DNA from: an uncultured Bacteroidales bacterium
GTDB taxonomy: Bacteria; Bacteroidota; Bacteroidia; Bacteroidales; UBA932
Reading direction: 5' to 3'
Assembly (NCBI GenBank): GCA_946187975.1
Contig: CAMHTE010000001.1
Location: 726 to 64,725, forward strand
Length of the DNA stretch: 64,000 nucleotides
Shown here: piece after piece, positions 36,448 to 46,261 of the stretch
Position numbering within the stretch: position 1 is the stretch's first letter
How the letters are laid out: the number at the start of each line of letters is the position of its first letter
Position numbers and translations under genes: made by a program
The notes under the pieces: generated by a model
Database searches by the model: none
Told to the model about the DNA's origin: nothing
The model's input: only the letters and a program-made list of their open reading frames with translations

Positions 36448-37763
36448 TTCCATAAATCACTCCATGTGGACTTTTTACCGAACATCAGTATGCCGGCCTT
36501 GTAAATCTTTGCCGAAGCCCAGGCCATCGCGAAGAAGGTCGCAAGCAGCAGAAGCAGCGATACGGCTATCTCCCACCCCGGGACGTTGTACGGGATGCGC
36601 GCAATCATGACTATGGGCGAGGTGAAGGGTATCATGGAACCCCAGAACACGATACCGCTCTCGGGATTCTTGAATGCGAAGAACACGATGAAGAATCCTA
36701 TCATGAGAGGAATGGTGACGGGCAGCTGGAGCTGCTGGGTGTCGGCCTCGTTCTCCACGGCGGAACCTATTGCGGCGAACATCGACGCATAGAGCAGGTA
36801 ACCGAAGCAGAAATAGATGAGGAACGAAACCAGGAGCTTGACCCACGGGATATGGGCGAGGGTGGTGAAGATTACCGAGGCCTCGCTGTTGCCTGCCATG
36901 GCCGCCACATCTCCCATGCCTCCCTGGGCTGCCATATCCATCATCTGGGCGGAGTCAACCATGCCGCTGAGCCCGAATATGGCGTTAGCGCCGACCACGA
37001 GCACGAGCGTAAGGCCTATCCAGAGGAAGAACTGCGTAAACGCCACGAGGGCGATGCCGATTATCTTTCCGAACATGAGTTCGGTGGCTTTCACCGAAGA
37101 TACCAGCACCTCCACTACGCGGGAACTCTTTTCCTCTATGACGGAAGACATCACCGACGCGCCGAACATCGCTATGAACATGTAGATGCACATGCCGAGT
37201 ATCATGGACAGGGCCATGTAAATGCCGGATTCAGAAATAGTTGCGTTACCGCTGTCGTCGAGGGTGAACTCGCTCACCTTCACGTCCGCCTTGACCTCTT
37301 CCATAATACGGTCGAGACCCTTTATGTCGTAGGTCTGTATCCTGTAGTCCTCAACAGCCCTGCTTACGCGGGAAGCGATGTTGGAGGAAAAGTCCACGCC
37401 TGCAGGCTTCTTGCTGTAGAGCTGAACGCCCACATTGCGGGACGAGTCGAGAGGGGTGATGTAGACCAGCACGTCCATACCCCTTTCCGAAAGGGTGCGC
37501 TTTATTTCCTCGGGATCCTCGGACGAGAAATCGGAGAAAACGGCGGCCTCGGTATCCTCGAACCAGGGCATAACTATGCCGGAAGCGTCCACAACGGCCA
37601 CTTTCTGCGACTTTTCCTTGACGTTCATCATCAGCACGGTGGGCAGCACGCACAGCGCCGCGAACAGCACCGGGACCACGAAAGTGGTGATGAGGAAACT
37701 CTTCTTTTTTACGCGGGTAAGATACTCACGCGCTATAACAACATTTGTTTTTCCGAAATTCAT
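36429..37763 (-). CDS. ABC-2 type transporter permease (NatB/YhaP-like)
   Basis: REYLTRVKKK, VIEEKSSRVVE, GKIIG, IPFTSP. Confidence 0.9.
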   Translation of the reverse strand: MNFGKTNVVIAREYLTRVKKKSFLITTFVVPVLFAALCVLPTVLMMNVKEKSQKVAVVDASGIVMPWFEDTEAAVFSDFSSEDPEEIKRTLSERGMDVLVYITPLDSSRNVGVQLYSKKPAGVDFSSNIASRVSRAVEDYRIQTYDIKGLDRIMEEVKADVKVSEFTLDDSGNATISESGIYMALSMILGMCIYMFIAMFGASVMSSVIEEKSSRVVEVLVSSVKATELMFGKIIGIALVAFTQFFLWIGLTLVLVVGANAIFGLSGMVDSAQMMDMAAQGGMGDVAAMAGNSEASVIFTTLAHIPWVKLLVSFLIYFCFGYLLYASMFAAIGSAVENEADTQQLQLPVTIPLMIGFFIVFFAFKNPESGIVFWGSMIPFTSPIVMIARIPYNVPGWEIAVSLLLLLATFFAMAWASAKIYKAGILMFGKKSTWSDLWKWLKQK

Positions 37764-38623
37764 TTCTTTTCCTCCTCTCCAGTTACCAGTTTGATGAATA
37801 TGTCGTTCATGCGGGGCATGAGTTCCTTGTACGAATTGACCGTGACTCCCCTGTCGATGAAACTACGGAGCACGTCGTTGCCGGCGCTCTCGCGCGAGAT
37901 GACCTCGGTATGGCGGCCGTCGGCGTCGGTATATTCTATTTCGACGTTGTTGTTACCGTACTTGCGGCGTATCTCATCCACTCCTCCGGTAATAACCAAC
38001 TTGGCCTTGTTAATCAGGGCAATATTGTCGCAGAGCTCCTCGACGCTCTCCATGTTGTGGGTGGAGAGGATGATGGTGGCCCCCTCGTCCTTCAGGCGGA
38101 GTATCTCCTTGCGTACTATGTCGGCGTTGACCGGATCGAAGCCGCTGAACGGCTCGTCCAATATCATCAGCGAAGGCTTGTGCACCACCGTGGTAATGAA
38201 CTGGAGTTTCTGGGCCATGCCCTTGGAGAGTTCCTCAACCTTCTTTCCCCACCAGTCCTTGATATCGAAGCGTACGAACCACTCCTTCAGCGCCTTCTGC
38301 GCATCAGCGGAGGACATTCCCTTGAGGCGGGCCAGGTACATAGCCTGGTCGCCCACCTTCATCTTGCGGTAGAGCCCCCTCTCTTCGGGCATATAGCCTA
38401 TCTTCTCCACATCCGCCTGGGTGATGGGCTTTCCGTTGAAAAGGATCTCTCCCGAGTTGGGTATGGTAATGCGGTTGATAATACGGATCAGCGTGGTTTT
38501 ACCAGCGCCGTTGGGACCGAGGAGACCGAAGATCTTTCCCTCCGGAATCTCGAGGCTGACGCCATCGAGGGCCTGCTTCGGTCCGAAACTCTTGCAGACG
38601 TTCCTGCACTCAATTACAGCCAT
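37760..38623 (-). CDS. ABC transporter ATP-binding protein (YhaQ-like)
   Basis: GPNGAGKT, PEERGLY, LSKGMAQK, LDEPFSG. Confidence 0.92.
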   Translation of the reverse strand: MAVIECRNVCKSFGPKQALDGVSLEIPEGKIFGLLGPNGAGKTTLIRIINRITIPNSGEILFNGKPITQADVEKIGYMPEERGLYRKMKVGDQAMYLARLKGMSSADAQKALKEWFVRFDIKDWWGKKVEELSKGMAQKLQFITTVVHKPSLMILDEPFSGFDPVNADIVRKEILRLKDEGATIILSTHNMESVEELCDNIALINKAKLVITGGVDEIRRKYGNNNVEIEYTDADGRHTEVISRESAGNDVLRSFIDRGVTVNSYKELMPRMNDIFIKLVTGEEEKK

Positions 38624-38683
38624 TCTTTTTTGTATTATAAAGTACTGCGAATATAAGAAAATTAATTCGTAATTTTGCAGTAT

Positions 38684-39724
38684 ATGGCAAAAAGCGGAAT
38701 CACTCCCGCGCAGCAGGCAGCGGAACTCATAAACGACATACGCGAAGGCGTATTCAAGCCCGTTTACCTGCTCATGGGCGACGAGCCGTACTATCCCGAG
38801 CTCGTCTGCCAGGCCATTATCGACAACTGCCTCCAGGACTTCGAAAAGGACTTCAACGAGACCATCTGCTACGGAGCCGACGTAAACGCCTCGCAGGTGG
38901 TCACCACAGCAAGGCGCTTCCCCATGATGGCCGACCGCCAGCTAGTAGTGGTTAAGGAGGCGCAGCAGATGAAGGACATAGAGGAACTCTCGGTCTATTG
39001 CGCCGAACCCCTCGATTCGACCGTGCTGGTGCTGCTGTACCACAAGGCTTCCGCCGACAAGAGACGGACCCTGTACAAGACTGTCCAGAAGACGGGCGTG
39101 GTGCTCGACTCCCCCGCCGTGCGCGATTACGAAATCGCCGGATGGATAAGCAATTACTACTCCTCCCGCGGGCTCTCCATCGACCCCCAGGCGGCTGCCC
39201 TGCTGGGTGAATCGGCCGGGACCGACCTCGGAGTAATAGCCGCCGAGACGGACAAACTTCTGAAGAACCTTCCCGAAGGCTGCACTTCCGTACGGGTGGA
39301 GGATATTGAGAAGAACGTGGGCATCTCCCGTCAGTTCAGCATCTTCGAACTCACCAGGGAACTCTCCCTCAAGCACGCCACCGGCGCGCTGAAGATTGCC
39401 GCCCGCATAGGGACATCCGCCAAATTCGCCCTCCCGATGGCAGTCAGCGCAATCTACACCCACTTCTACCGCATCCTCAAGTACGAGGCCGCTCTATTGA
39501 AGACTCCCCGTCTTCAGGAAAACGAAAAAGCGGAGATACTGGGAGTAAAGCCCTTCTTCTTCCGCGAATACGACGCCGCCATACGCAACTACCCCATAAA
39601 GACCACCATGAAGATAGTTTCGATGCTCTGCGAGTACGACTATCTCGGCAAGGGAGGTGACGGAGGAGCGGCCACTCCCGACGAACTTCTGGTAGAACTT
39701 ACCGCAAAGATACTCAATGCCTGA
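38684..39724 (+). CDS. holA: DNA polymerase III subunit delta
   Basis: KPVYLLMGDEPY, DFN, ARRFPMMADRQLVVVKEAQ, GISRQFSIFEL; start at ATG 38684. Confidence 0.88.
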   Translation: MAKSGITPAQQAAELINDIREGVFKPVYLLMGDEPYYPELVCQAIIDNCLQDFEKDFNETICYGADVNASQVVTTARRFPMMADRQLVVVKEAQQMKDIEELSVYCAEPLDSTVLVLLYHKASADKRRTLYKTVQKTGVVLDSPAVRDYEIAGWISNYYSSRGLSIDPQAAALLGESAGTDLGVIAAETDKLLKNLPEGCTSVRVEDIEKNVGISRQFSIFELTRELSLKHATGALKIAARIGTSAKFALPMAVSAIYTHFYRILKYEAALLKTPRLQENEKAEILGVKPFFFREYDAAIRNYPIKTTMKIVSMLCEYDYLGKGGDGGAATPDELLVELTAKILNA

Positions 39725-40121
39725 CAGGAACACATACTCCGATCCCCTGCGCCACAGGGAAGTTGCAGCCACGCCCGAAGAAAGGGTGCGGCAGTGGTTC
39801 ATCGGGGTGCTGGAAGGCACTTCGGGGGTACCCAGGCATCAGATGATGAGCGAGGTGCCCCTGCATTACGGCAACAAGTCATGGCGTGCGGACATCGTGG
39901 TATACGGCCCGGGAGGACGCCCCGTCGCCCTCGCGGAATGCAAACGTCCGGATGTTACCCTAAACGCCGGAACGGCGCAGCAGGCCCTCCGGTACAGCTC
40001 TCTCCTTCCGGTGAAGTTCATCTTCCTTACCAACGGAAACAGCACTTATGTATATGAACGCAGGGACGGCAGCTTCAGTCCCCGCACAGATATCCCCTCC
40101 TACGCCGAGATGAGCCTATGA
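39717..40121 (+). CDS. Stand-alone HsdR N-terminal (PD-(D/E)xK-like) domain protein
   Basis: TPEERVRQ, RADIVVY, AECK, QALRY, TNG. Confidence 0.8.
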   Translation: MPDRNTYSDPLRHREVAATPEERVRQWFIGVLEGTSGVPRHQMMSEVPLHYGNKSWRADIVVYGPGGRPVALAECKRPDVTLNAGTAQQALRYSSLLPVKFIFLTNGNSTYVYERRDGSFSPRTDIPSYAEMSL

Positions 40122-41530
40122 AAAAGATCTTCCAGATAGTATCCGACGTGGCCGCCGAGCGGGGTGTAAAAGCCTTCGTGATAGGAGGTTATGTGCGCGA
40201 CTTCTATCTTGGAAACCCCTGCAACGACATAGATATAGTGGTAGAGGGAAGCGGTATAGACTTCGCCCGTTCCGTCGGGGAACGCCTCAGAAAGAACGTG
40301 TCGTATTTCAAGAATTTCGGCACTGCGATGCTGCACTACGAAGGCGACGAAATCGAGTTCGTAGGGGCCCGCAAGGAATCCTACAGGCGCGAATCGCGCA
40401 AGCCTGTAGTGGAGGACGGCACGCTGCGCGACGACCAGCTTCGCAGGGACTTCACCATCAACGCCATGGCCTTCTCCCTCCAGAAAGAGGACTTCGGCTC
40501 CCTGGTGGATCCTTTCGGAGGCATCGAAGACCTGAAAAACGGCATCATACGCACTCCGCTGGATCCCGATACCACATATTCGGACGATCCCCTACGCATG
40601 CTCAGGGCCATACGCTTCGCCACCAGGCTCTCCACTCCGGAACACCAGTTCCGTATAGTGGACGAATCGATAGAATCCATGCGCAGGATGGCTCCCAGGC
40701 TGGAAATCCTGTCCCGCGAACGCATTTCGGACGAGATTAACAAGATGCTGCTCTGCAAACGGCCTTCGATGGCCTTCCGCCTCCTGGACCGTGCCGGGCT
40801 CCTGCCGCTCATCCTCCCCTGCATATCCGCACTCAAGGGCGTGGAAACCATAGAAGGACACGGACACAAGGATAATTTCTCACACACCCTGGCCGTGCTC
40901 GACAACGTGGCTGCCTCAGATGCCGAGTCTCCTAATTTGTGGCTCCGCTGGGCAGCCCTGCTTCACGACATAGGCAAGGCCGCGGTCAAGAAATACGATC
41001 CTGCGGTCGGATGGACATTCTACGGACACGACGTGGTCGGATCCAAGATGGTGGGCAAGGTTTTCGCCAGCCTCAAACTTCCCCTCGACGACAAACTGAA
41101 GTACGTCCGCAAGCTGGTGTGGCTGCACATGCGTCCAATAGCCCTCGTTGACGACGAAGTCACCGATTCCGCCGTACGCAGGCTGCTCTTCGACGCCGGC
41201 GACGATATCGACGACCTCATGCTGCTCTGCAACGCCGACATCACCTCCAAGAATCCGGAAAAAGTGGCGCGGATACGCTCCAACTTCGAACTGGTAAAGA
41301 CCAAGCTGGTGGAGGTGGAGGAGAAAGACGCCCTCCGCAACTTCAAGAATCCCGTCAGCGGTGACTACATCATGGAAGTATTCGGCATTGGTCCCTGCAA
41401 TACGATAGGAGTGCTCAAGGATTACGTCAAGGAAGCCATACTCGACGGCCGTATAGGCAACAACTTCGAGGAAGCGGACGCCCTCATGCGGTCCAAGGCT
41501 GAGGAACTCGGGCTCAAGCCATGCAAATAG
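40118..41530 (+). CDS. cca: CCA-adding tRNA nucleotidyltransferase with HD domain
   Basis: GGYVRD, DIDI, RRDFTINA, DDPLRMLRAIRF, LHDIGK; tRNA genes in the window do not encode CCA. Confidence 0.88.
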   Translation: MKKIFQIVSDVAAERGVKAFVIGGYVRDFYLGNPCNDIDIVVEGSGIDFARSVGERLRKNVSYFKNFGTAMLHYEGDEIEFVGARKESYRRESRKPVVEDGTLRDDQLRRDFTINAMAFSLQKEDFGSLVDPFGGIEDLKNGIIRTPLDPDTTYSDDPLRMLRAIRFATRLSTPEHQFRIVDESIESMRRMAPRLEILSRERISDEINKMLLCKRPSMAFRLLDRAGLLPLILPCISALKGVETIEGHGHKDNFSHTLAVLDNVAASDAESPNLWLRWAALLHDIGKAAVKKYDPAVGWTFYGHDVVGSKMVGKVFASLKLPLDDKLKYVRKLVWLHMRPIALVDDEVTDSAVRRLLFDAGDDIDDLMLLCNADITSKNPEKVARIRSNFELVKTKLVEVEEKDALRNFKNPVSGDYIMEVFGIGPCNTIGVLKDYVKEAILDGRIGNNFEEADALMRSKAEELGLKPCK

Positions 41531-42477
41531 ACGCGTTCATAGACTATATCGCCGGCGTACGGAGGTACTCCCCCCGCACGGTGGACATATATCGCGATGT
41601 TCTGAGTCAATTCGAAGCGAAGGGGGAAGAACTCACACCCACCGGCCTGCGCAATTACGAGGTCTGGCTTCTGGATGACCGGAAGCTTGGCCCGAGGACC
41701 GTGGGGCAGCACATGAGCGCACTCAGCAGTTACTGCCGCTGGCTCATGAAGCAGGGCCAGCTCAGTTCCAATCCCGTCAGGCTGGTTCGCAGGCCAAAGA
41801 CGGAGAAACGCCTCCCGGTTTTCTATCGCGAAAGTTCCATGAAGGATTACTTCGAGACTAGCGCATGCGACGCCTCGGAGGAACAGCTGCAAATGCTGCT
41901 ACTGTTACCTCCGGAGGACAGAACAGCGGTGGCCATGTACGAAAGAAGACTTCGCAGGATGATAGTCTCCCTGCTGTACGGAACAGGCATTCGGCGCAGC
42001 GAACTCATAAGCCTGAATGTCACTTCGATAGACGCTTCGAGGGCTTGTATTTCGGTACTCGGAAAGGGCGATAAGATGCGCGAAATTCCGATTATCGCTT
42101 CGCTTTATGACGAAATTTCATTATATTTGGATGCAGCCGGCCACATGTTCGGCGATTCTGCGAACGGGGACACTCCCCTTCTGCGGACGCCGGCGGGCAA
42201 AAGACTTTATCCTGCCTATGTAGACAGGGCGGTCAAGGAGGCGTTGGGGAACGTCCGGGACATAACGGGGCAAAAGTCCGCCCATATACTGCGGCACACC
42301 CTTGCAAGCGAATTGCTCGACCGCGGAACCGACCTCAACTCAATCAAGGAACTGCTGGGGCATTCCTCCCTCGCCGCGACCCAGGTCTATACCCATAACA
42401 CCATCGAACGGCTCAAGAAAGTATACACTAACGCCCATCCAAGGGCAACTAAAAACGGAGGTAATAATGGAGATTAA
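41521..42477 (+). CDS. xerC: Chromosomal tyrosine recombinase XerC
   Basis: GIRRSEL, GKGDK, HILRH, LLGH, TQVYTH, AHPRA; followed by hpf. Confidence 0.8.
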   Translation: MQIDAFIDYIAGVRRYSPRTVDIYRDVLSQFEAKGEELTPTGLRNYEVWLLDDRKLGPRTVGQHMSALSSYCRWLMKQGQLSSNPVRLVRRPKTEKRLPVFYRESSMKDYFETSACDASEEQLQMLLLLPPEDRTAVAMYERRLRRMIVSLLYGTGIRRSELISLNVTSIDASRACISVLGKGDKMREIPIIASLYDEISLYLDAAGHMFGDSANGDTPLLRTPAGKRLYPAYVDRAVKEALGNVRDITGQKSAHILRHTLASELLDRGTDLNSIKELLGHSSLAATQVYTHNTIERLKKVYTNAHPRATKNGGNNGD

Positions 42478-42763
42478 ACTCAAGACTCTCAAATTCGACG
42501 CCGACCAGAAGCTGGTTGCTTATGTCGAAAAAAAGGTTTCCAGGCTCGAAAAGTTCTTCAAAGGCGCCGCTGATACGGCGGAAGTAACCCTTTCGCTCCT
42601 CCAGGAACCCGAGAACAAGCAAGTCAAGATCCAGATGCATGTTCCCGGCGAAGATTTGATCATAGAAAGGAACGCTTCCACTTTTGAGCAGGCCGTTACC
42701 GACTGCGTGGATGCCATGAAGGAAAAACTCACGCGCACCAAGGAAAAGATCCAGGAGAAATAG
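42467..42763 (+). CDS. hpf: Ribosome hibernation promoting factor (short HPF/RaiA)
   Basis: MEIKLKTLKFDADQKLVAYVEKKVSRLEKF..ENK..VPG..TFEQAV. Confidence 0.88.
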   Translation: MEIKLKTLKFDADQKLVAYVEKKVSRLEKFFKGAADTAEVTLSLLQEPENKQVKIQMHVPGEDLIIERNASTFEQAVTDCVDAMKEKLTRTKEKIQEK

Positions 42764-42801
42764 CGCTGTACAAATATTTTTGCTATATTTGCAGCGCTAA
42801 A

Positions 42802-42889
42802 GGAAAGATGCTCGAGTGGCTGAAGAGGCGCGTCTGGAAAGCGCGTGGCCGCCCAAAGCGGCTCCAGGGTTCGAATCCCTGTCTTTCCG
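42802..42889 (+). tRNA. tRNA-Ser(GGA)
   Basis: GGAAAGA/TCTTTCC acceptor, CT-GGA-AA anticodon loop, long variable arm, CAGGG-TTCGAAT-CCCTG; TATATTTG promoter at 42784-42791. Confidence 0.95.
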
Positions 42890-42901
42890 CACCATGCAAT
42901 A

Positions 42902-42939
42902 AAAAAGTAATGCCGCACCGAAGTGCGGCATTACTTTTT
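42902..42939. terminator. Bidirectional intrinsic terminator
   Basis: Perfect inverted repeat AAAAAGTAATGCCGCAC-CGAA-GTGCGGCATTACTTTTT between convergent tRNA-Ser and wzc. Confidence 0.9.
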
Positions 42940-42956
42940 GACATTAGTCTCCGGGA

Positions 42957-45446
42957 TTACACCCCTTCGTTCTCATTGTCGTTTCCGTAACCATAGCCAT
43001 AACCATAGCCGGCCTTTCCGCCGTAGCCATAACCGTAACCATAGCCGTAGCCATAACCATAGTGGTACTTCTTGGCTTCGACGTCAAGGTCGTTGACTAT
43101 CAGGTTCAGGTTCTTGACCTTGCCTACGACATTGTTCTCCACGTCGTCGAGCAGGCGGAGGTCGGTGTAGTCGGCACGGACCACGTAGAGCGTAGCGTCG
43201 ACAGAACTGTTAATAAGGAGCGAGTCGGATACGGGCAGGAAAGGAGCCGAGTCGATGATGACATAATCGTACTTCTTACGATAATAGTCAATCAGTTCTC
43301 CCTGCTTTCCGGACGACAGCAGCTCGGTGGGGTTGGGCGGAACAGGTCCGGCCAGCACAATATCGAGATGGCTGCTTACGCCGCTGGGAATAATCAGGTC
43401 GTCGGGACTCTTGGTCTTGCCAACCATATAACCCACGACGGTCTTGCGTGCGTCGTAATTAAGCTCGGGGAAGAGCTTGCGCAGGGCCGGCTTGCGAAGG
43501 TCGAGTCCGAGCAGGAGCACCTTTTTGTCGATGTGCGAAATCGACAGCGCCAGGTTGGCCGACACGAACGACTTACCCTCGCCGGGAACCGAAGATGTGA
43601 TCTGAATCACCTTGGCGCCGGGCATGTACTGCAGGTTCGAACGCAGCATACGTATGGCCTCGGAGAAGGAGTCACGCCCGTTCTTGTGAATGAGCTTACC
43701 CTCGCCGTGATGGTTCTTGGGAAGCATGGCTATAACCGGCGCAGAGACCCTGTCTTCCACATCCTTCTTAACCTCAACCTTGCTCTTCATCTGCATGCGC
43801 AGCCATACGACTGCAGGAGGTATGCAGCAACCGAGTATAAATACAACTAGATAAATCTGGCTGCTGTGAGGGCTCACAGGGTACGGGTCGCCGAAAGCCC
43901 ATTCGATGATACGGAACGTGTCGGACTGCTCATACATGGCAATCTGGGCTTCCTCGCGCTTCTGCTGGAGCATCAGGTACAGAGGCTCGATAATCTCGAG
44001 TTTACGGGAGAGCTGCTGTATCTCATACTGCTGCCTGGGCATATCCGACATACGGCTCTGGCTCTTGCTGATAGTGTCGCTCAACTGCTTCTCACGTATG
44101 GAATAGGCGTTGCCGAGGTTCGTAATGGTAGCCTCGATACCCTTCTTGGCATCGATGAGCGTGGGAGTCATGCTCATCACGCGGGGGTTGGACGCACTGG
44201 AGTTCGCGATGAGGCGGTTGCGCTCCGATACCAGGTCGTTGTACTTGGTAATCATGGCGTTGAGCCCCACGTCGCTGACTCCGATAGCGGGAATGACCGA
44301 ATACTCCCCTTCCGGCTCGTTCTTCAGGAGCTCGTCGATCATGGAGAGTATGCGCTTCTGGACCTGGACCTCGGAGAGCTGGTTGCGGTACTGCATGTCG
44401 GAAGATATCGTAATGCTCGACTGGGAGTTGATATCCACGACGGAATTTCGGGACTGGTAGTCCTTTACGTTCTGCTCCGCACGCCCGAGTTCGCGGCTGA
44501 TGTCCGCAAGACGGTCGTCAATGAAGCGTATGGTGTTGATGGAAGCCTGGTTGCTGTACAGCATCGACTCCTCGTTATTCCTGGTAATGAGGGTGTTAAG
44601 TATGTCAACCGCCCTGGCGGGAAGGTTGTCGGACATCCTCAGCATCACCACGTCGCAGCTGTTCAGGTAAGAGTAGCTCTTCTTTTTGTCCTGGGCCTCG
44701 GCCGAAAGTTTGCTGACGAAATACTCAGCGCAGTTGAACGAATTGACCCAGCTGCAGACATATTTGGATCCGGGGCTGAGCTGCCCGAATTGTGTCTTGG
44801 CTATGCAGATCTCCACGTTGGCTATGGTGAGGGTATCGCCATAGGCATGGGAGGCATCGCTGATATTTTGCTCGCGTCCGTCGATGGTGACAGTCTTGAG
44901 GGTGTAGTGGTTTCCGTCGGAGAGGTGTTTGAACATCACATACACTCCCTGAGGAAGATTGGACACTGGCTGAAGAGAATCGGCGCGGAGGCGCATCTCT
45001 ATCGGATTATCGCGGTAGAACTCGACGGTCTTGCTGAAAGGAACCAGGCTGCGGGCCCAGCCTACGCGCTGATCGCCGACGGGCAGCATGATCTGGAAAT
45101 ACCTGGAGTTAAGATTGAGTTCCTCCACGACCTTCTTCATGAGCGAGGGGCTGCGGAGTATGAACAACTCGTTATCGATCTTCTTACGGGTGCGGTTGCC
45201 CGTCATCTGCGACAGAACCGAAAGCTCTCCGGTGGAACCGTCATCACGGTTGAGCATGACCCATGCGGTACGTTCGTAGATAGGAATCTGCATGCGGACG
45301 TACACGAAGCCCAGAATAAGAGCGGCGAAGGCAGAGGCGGCGATCCACCACTTAAGGCGCCAGACAAAATCAAAAATGTCCCTGAGGGAGATGCTCTCCC
45401 CTTCTTCCTGGTTGTTGACAGGACCGTTGTTCTTGTACTCTTCCAT
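42957..45446 (-). CDS. wzc: Polysaccharide co-polymerase / BY tyrosine kinase (Wzc)
   Basis: Two TMs, periplasmic coiled coil, EAIRMLRSNL, TSSVPGEGKS, DLRKP, IIDSAP, C-terminal YG cluster. Confidence 0.9.
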   Translation of the reverse strand: MEEYKNNGPVNNQEEGESISLRDIFDFVWRLKWWIAASAFAALILGFVYVRMQIPIYERTAWVMLNRDDGSTGELSVLSQMTGNRTRKKIDNELFILRSPSLMKKVVEELNLNSRYFQIMLPVGDQRVGWARSLVPFSKTVEFYRDNPIEMRLRADSLQPVSNLPQGVYVMFKHLSDGNHYTLKTVTIDGREQNISDASHAYGDTLTIANVEICIAKTQFGQLSPGSKYVCSWVNSFNCAEYFVSKLSAEAQDKKKSYSYLNSCDVVMLRMSDNLPARAVDILNTLITRNNEESMLYSNQASINTIRFIDDRLADISRELGRAEQNVKDYQSRNSVVDINSQSSITISSDMQYRNQLSEVQVQKRILSMIDELLKNEPEGEYSVIPAIGVSDVGLNAMITKYNDLVSERNRLIANSSASNPRVMSMTPTLIDAKKGIEATITNLGNAYSIREKQLSDTISKSQSRMSDMPRQQYEIQQLSRKLEIIEPLYLMLQQKREEAQIAMYEQSDTFRIIEWAFGDPYPVSPHSSQIYLVVFILGCCIPPAVVWLRMQMKSKVEVKKDVEDRVSAPVIAMLPKNHHGEGKLIHKNGRDSFSEAIRMLRSNLQYMPGAKVIQITSSVPGEGKSFVSANLALSISHIDKKVLLLGLDLRKPALRKLFPELNYDARKTVVGYMVGKTKSPDDLIIPSGVSSHLDIVLAGPVPPNPTELLSSGKQGELIDYYRKKYDYVIIDSAPFLPVSDSLLINSSVDATLYVVRADYTDLRLLDDVENNVVGKVKNLNLIVNDLDVEAKKYHYGYGYGYGYGYGYGGKAGYGYGYGYGNDNENEGV
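42984..43067 (-). repeat. Degenerate 6-bp coding repeat (Tyr-Gly) in the wzc tail
   Basis: TAYGGN hexamers encoding YHYGYGYGYGYGYGYGGKAGYGYGYGYG. Confidence 0.85.
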
Positions 45447-45452
45447 TTGCTA

Positions 45453-46244
45453 TTATCGTTGCAGGGCTACTACGAGGGTAATGACGGAGATGGTCGTGGT
45501 AATGGACGACAGTATCGAACTCCAGAGGCTGGTGGCCGCGGTCGCAGAAGCGACACGGGTGGCACTGGCCGGTACGTAGATTATATCGTTCTGCTGGAGA
45601 TAGAAATACGGCGACTCGAGAATGTCGCTGTTGCGGAGGTCGATTTCCACATGCTTCTCGACACCGTCGATCTCACGGATGAGGAGGATGCCGTCGCGGC
45701 GGGCGGTCAGCAGGAGGTCGCCGGCACGGCCGAGGGCCTGCAGTATGCTGATCTTCTCGGAATCCATGGTATAGGTTCCGGGGCTGCGGACTTCTCCCAG
45801 CACCGTGATCTTGTAGTTTTTGAATGCCACGTAAACGATGGGGTCCTTTACGTCCTTACCGATCTCGGAGGTGAGGTACTGCACCAGTTCGTTGCGGGTC
45901 ATGCCCTCGACGTGTATGGTTCCGAGTATGGGGAACTCGATATTACCCTCGGAGTCGACCAGATAGCTGAGCGTGGACTGCTCGGGGTTGTAGCCACCGG
46001 CACTGCCGCCCATTCCGAGGTCGGTCAGGGTAAGGTTGTAGGGAGCCGTAACGGACTTGTCGGCACCGCTCACCACGATGGCAAGGCGGTCGTCCTTCTT
46101 GATTACGGCCTCGTACTCGTTGGCCAGGGCCTTGAGGTCGCGGTCCTTGATGTCCTGGAAGTACAGGATCTGTTTGGAAGATGCGCACCCGGCAAGGACG
46201 GCTGCGAGGTAAACCAAAACTAAAGTCTTTACAAGTTTCATCAT
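45453..46244 (-). CDS. wza: Polysaccharide export lipoprotein (Wza-like)
   Basis: Lipobox LAGC, YFQD, YLVDSEGNIEFP, VLGEV, SPYFYLQQNDIIYV; true start 46244 (or 46241). Confidence 0.88.
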   Translation of the reverse strand: MMKLVKTLVLVYLAAVLAGCASSKQILYFQDIKDRDLKALANEYEAVIKKDDRLAIVVSGADKSVTAPYNLTLTDLGMGGSAGGYNPEQSTLSYLVDSEGNIEFPILGTIHVEGMTRNELVQYLTSEIGKDVKDPIVYVAFKNYKITVLGEVRSPGTYTMDSEKISILQALGRAGDLLLTARRDGILLIREIDGVEKHVEIDLRNSDILESPYFYLQQNDIIYVPASATRVASATAATSLWSSILSSITTTISVITLVVALQR

Positions 46245-46261
46245 TCGCGTTTTACTAAAAG

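Noticed and set aside
39717-40121. Type I restriction-modification system
   Set aside because: Only the small N-terminal domain is present; no hsdM, hsdS or helicase domain
41521-42477. Tyrosine recombinase as a mobile-element integrase
   Set aside because: XerC-like sequence ending AHPRA, in housekeeping context with hpf; no att repeats or cargo seen
42984-43067. Short tandem repeat as CRISPR or phase-variation tract
   Set aside because: In-frame degenerate coding repeat with no spacers; no CRISPR array was seen anywhere in the window
43866-46223. 785-aa plus-strand ORF
   Set aside because: Antisense to wzc and wza; no domain signal
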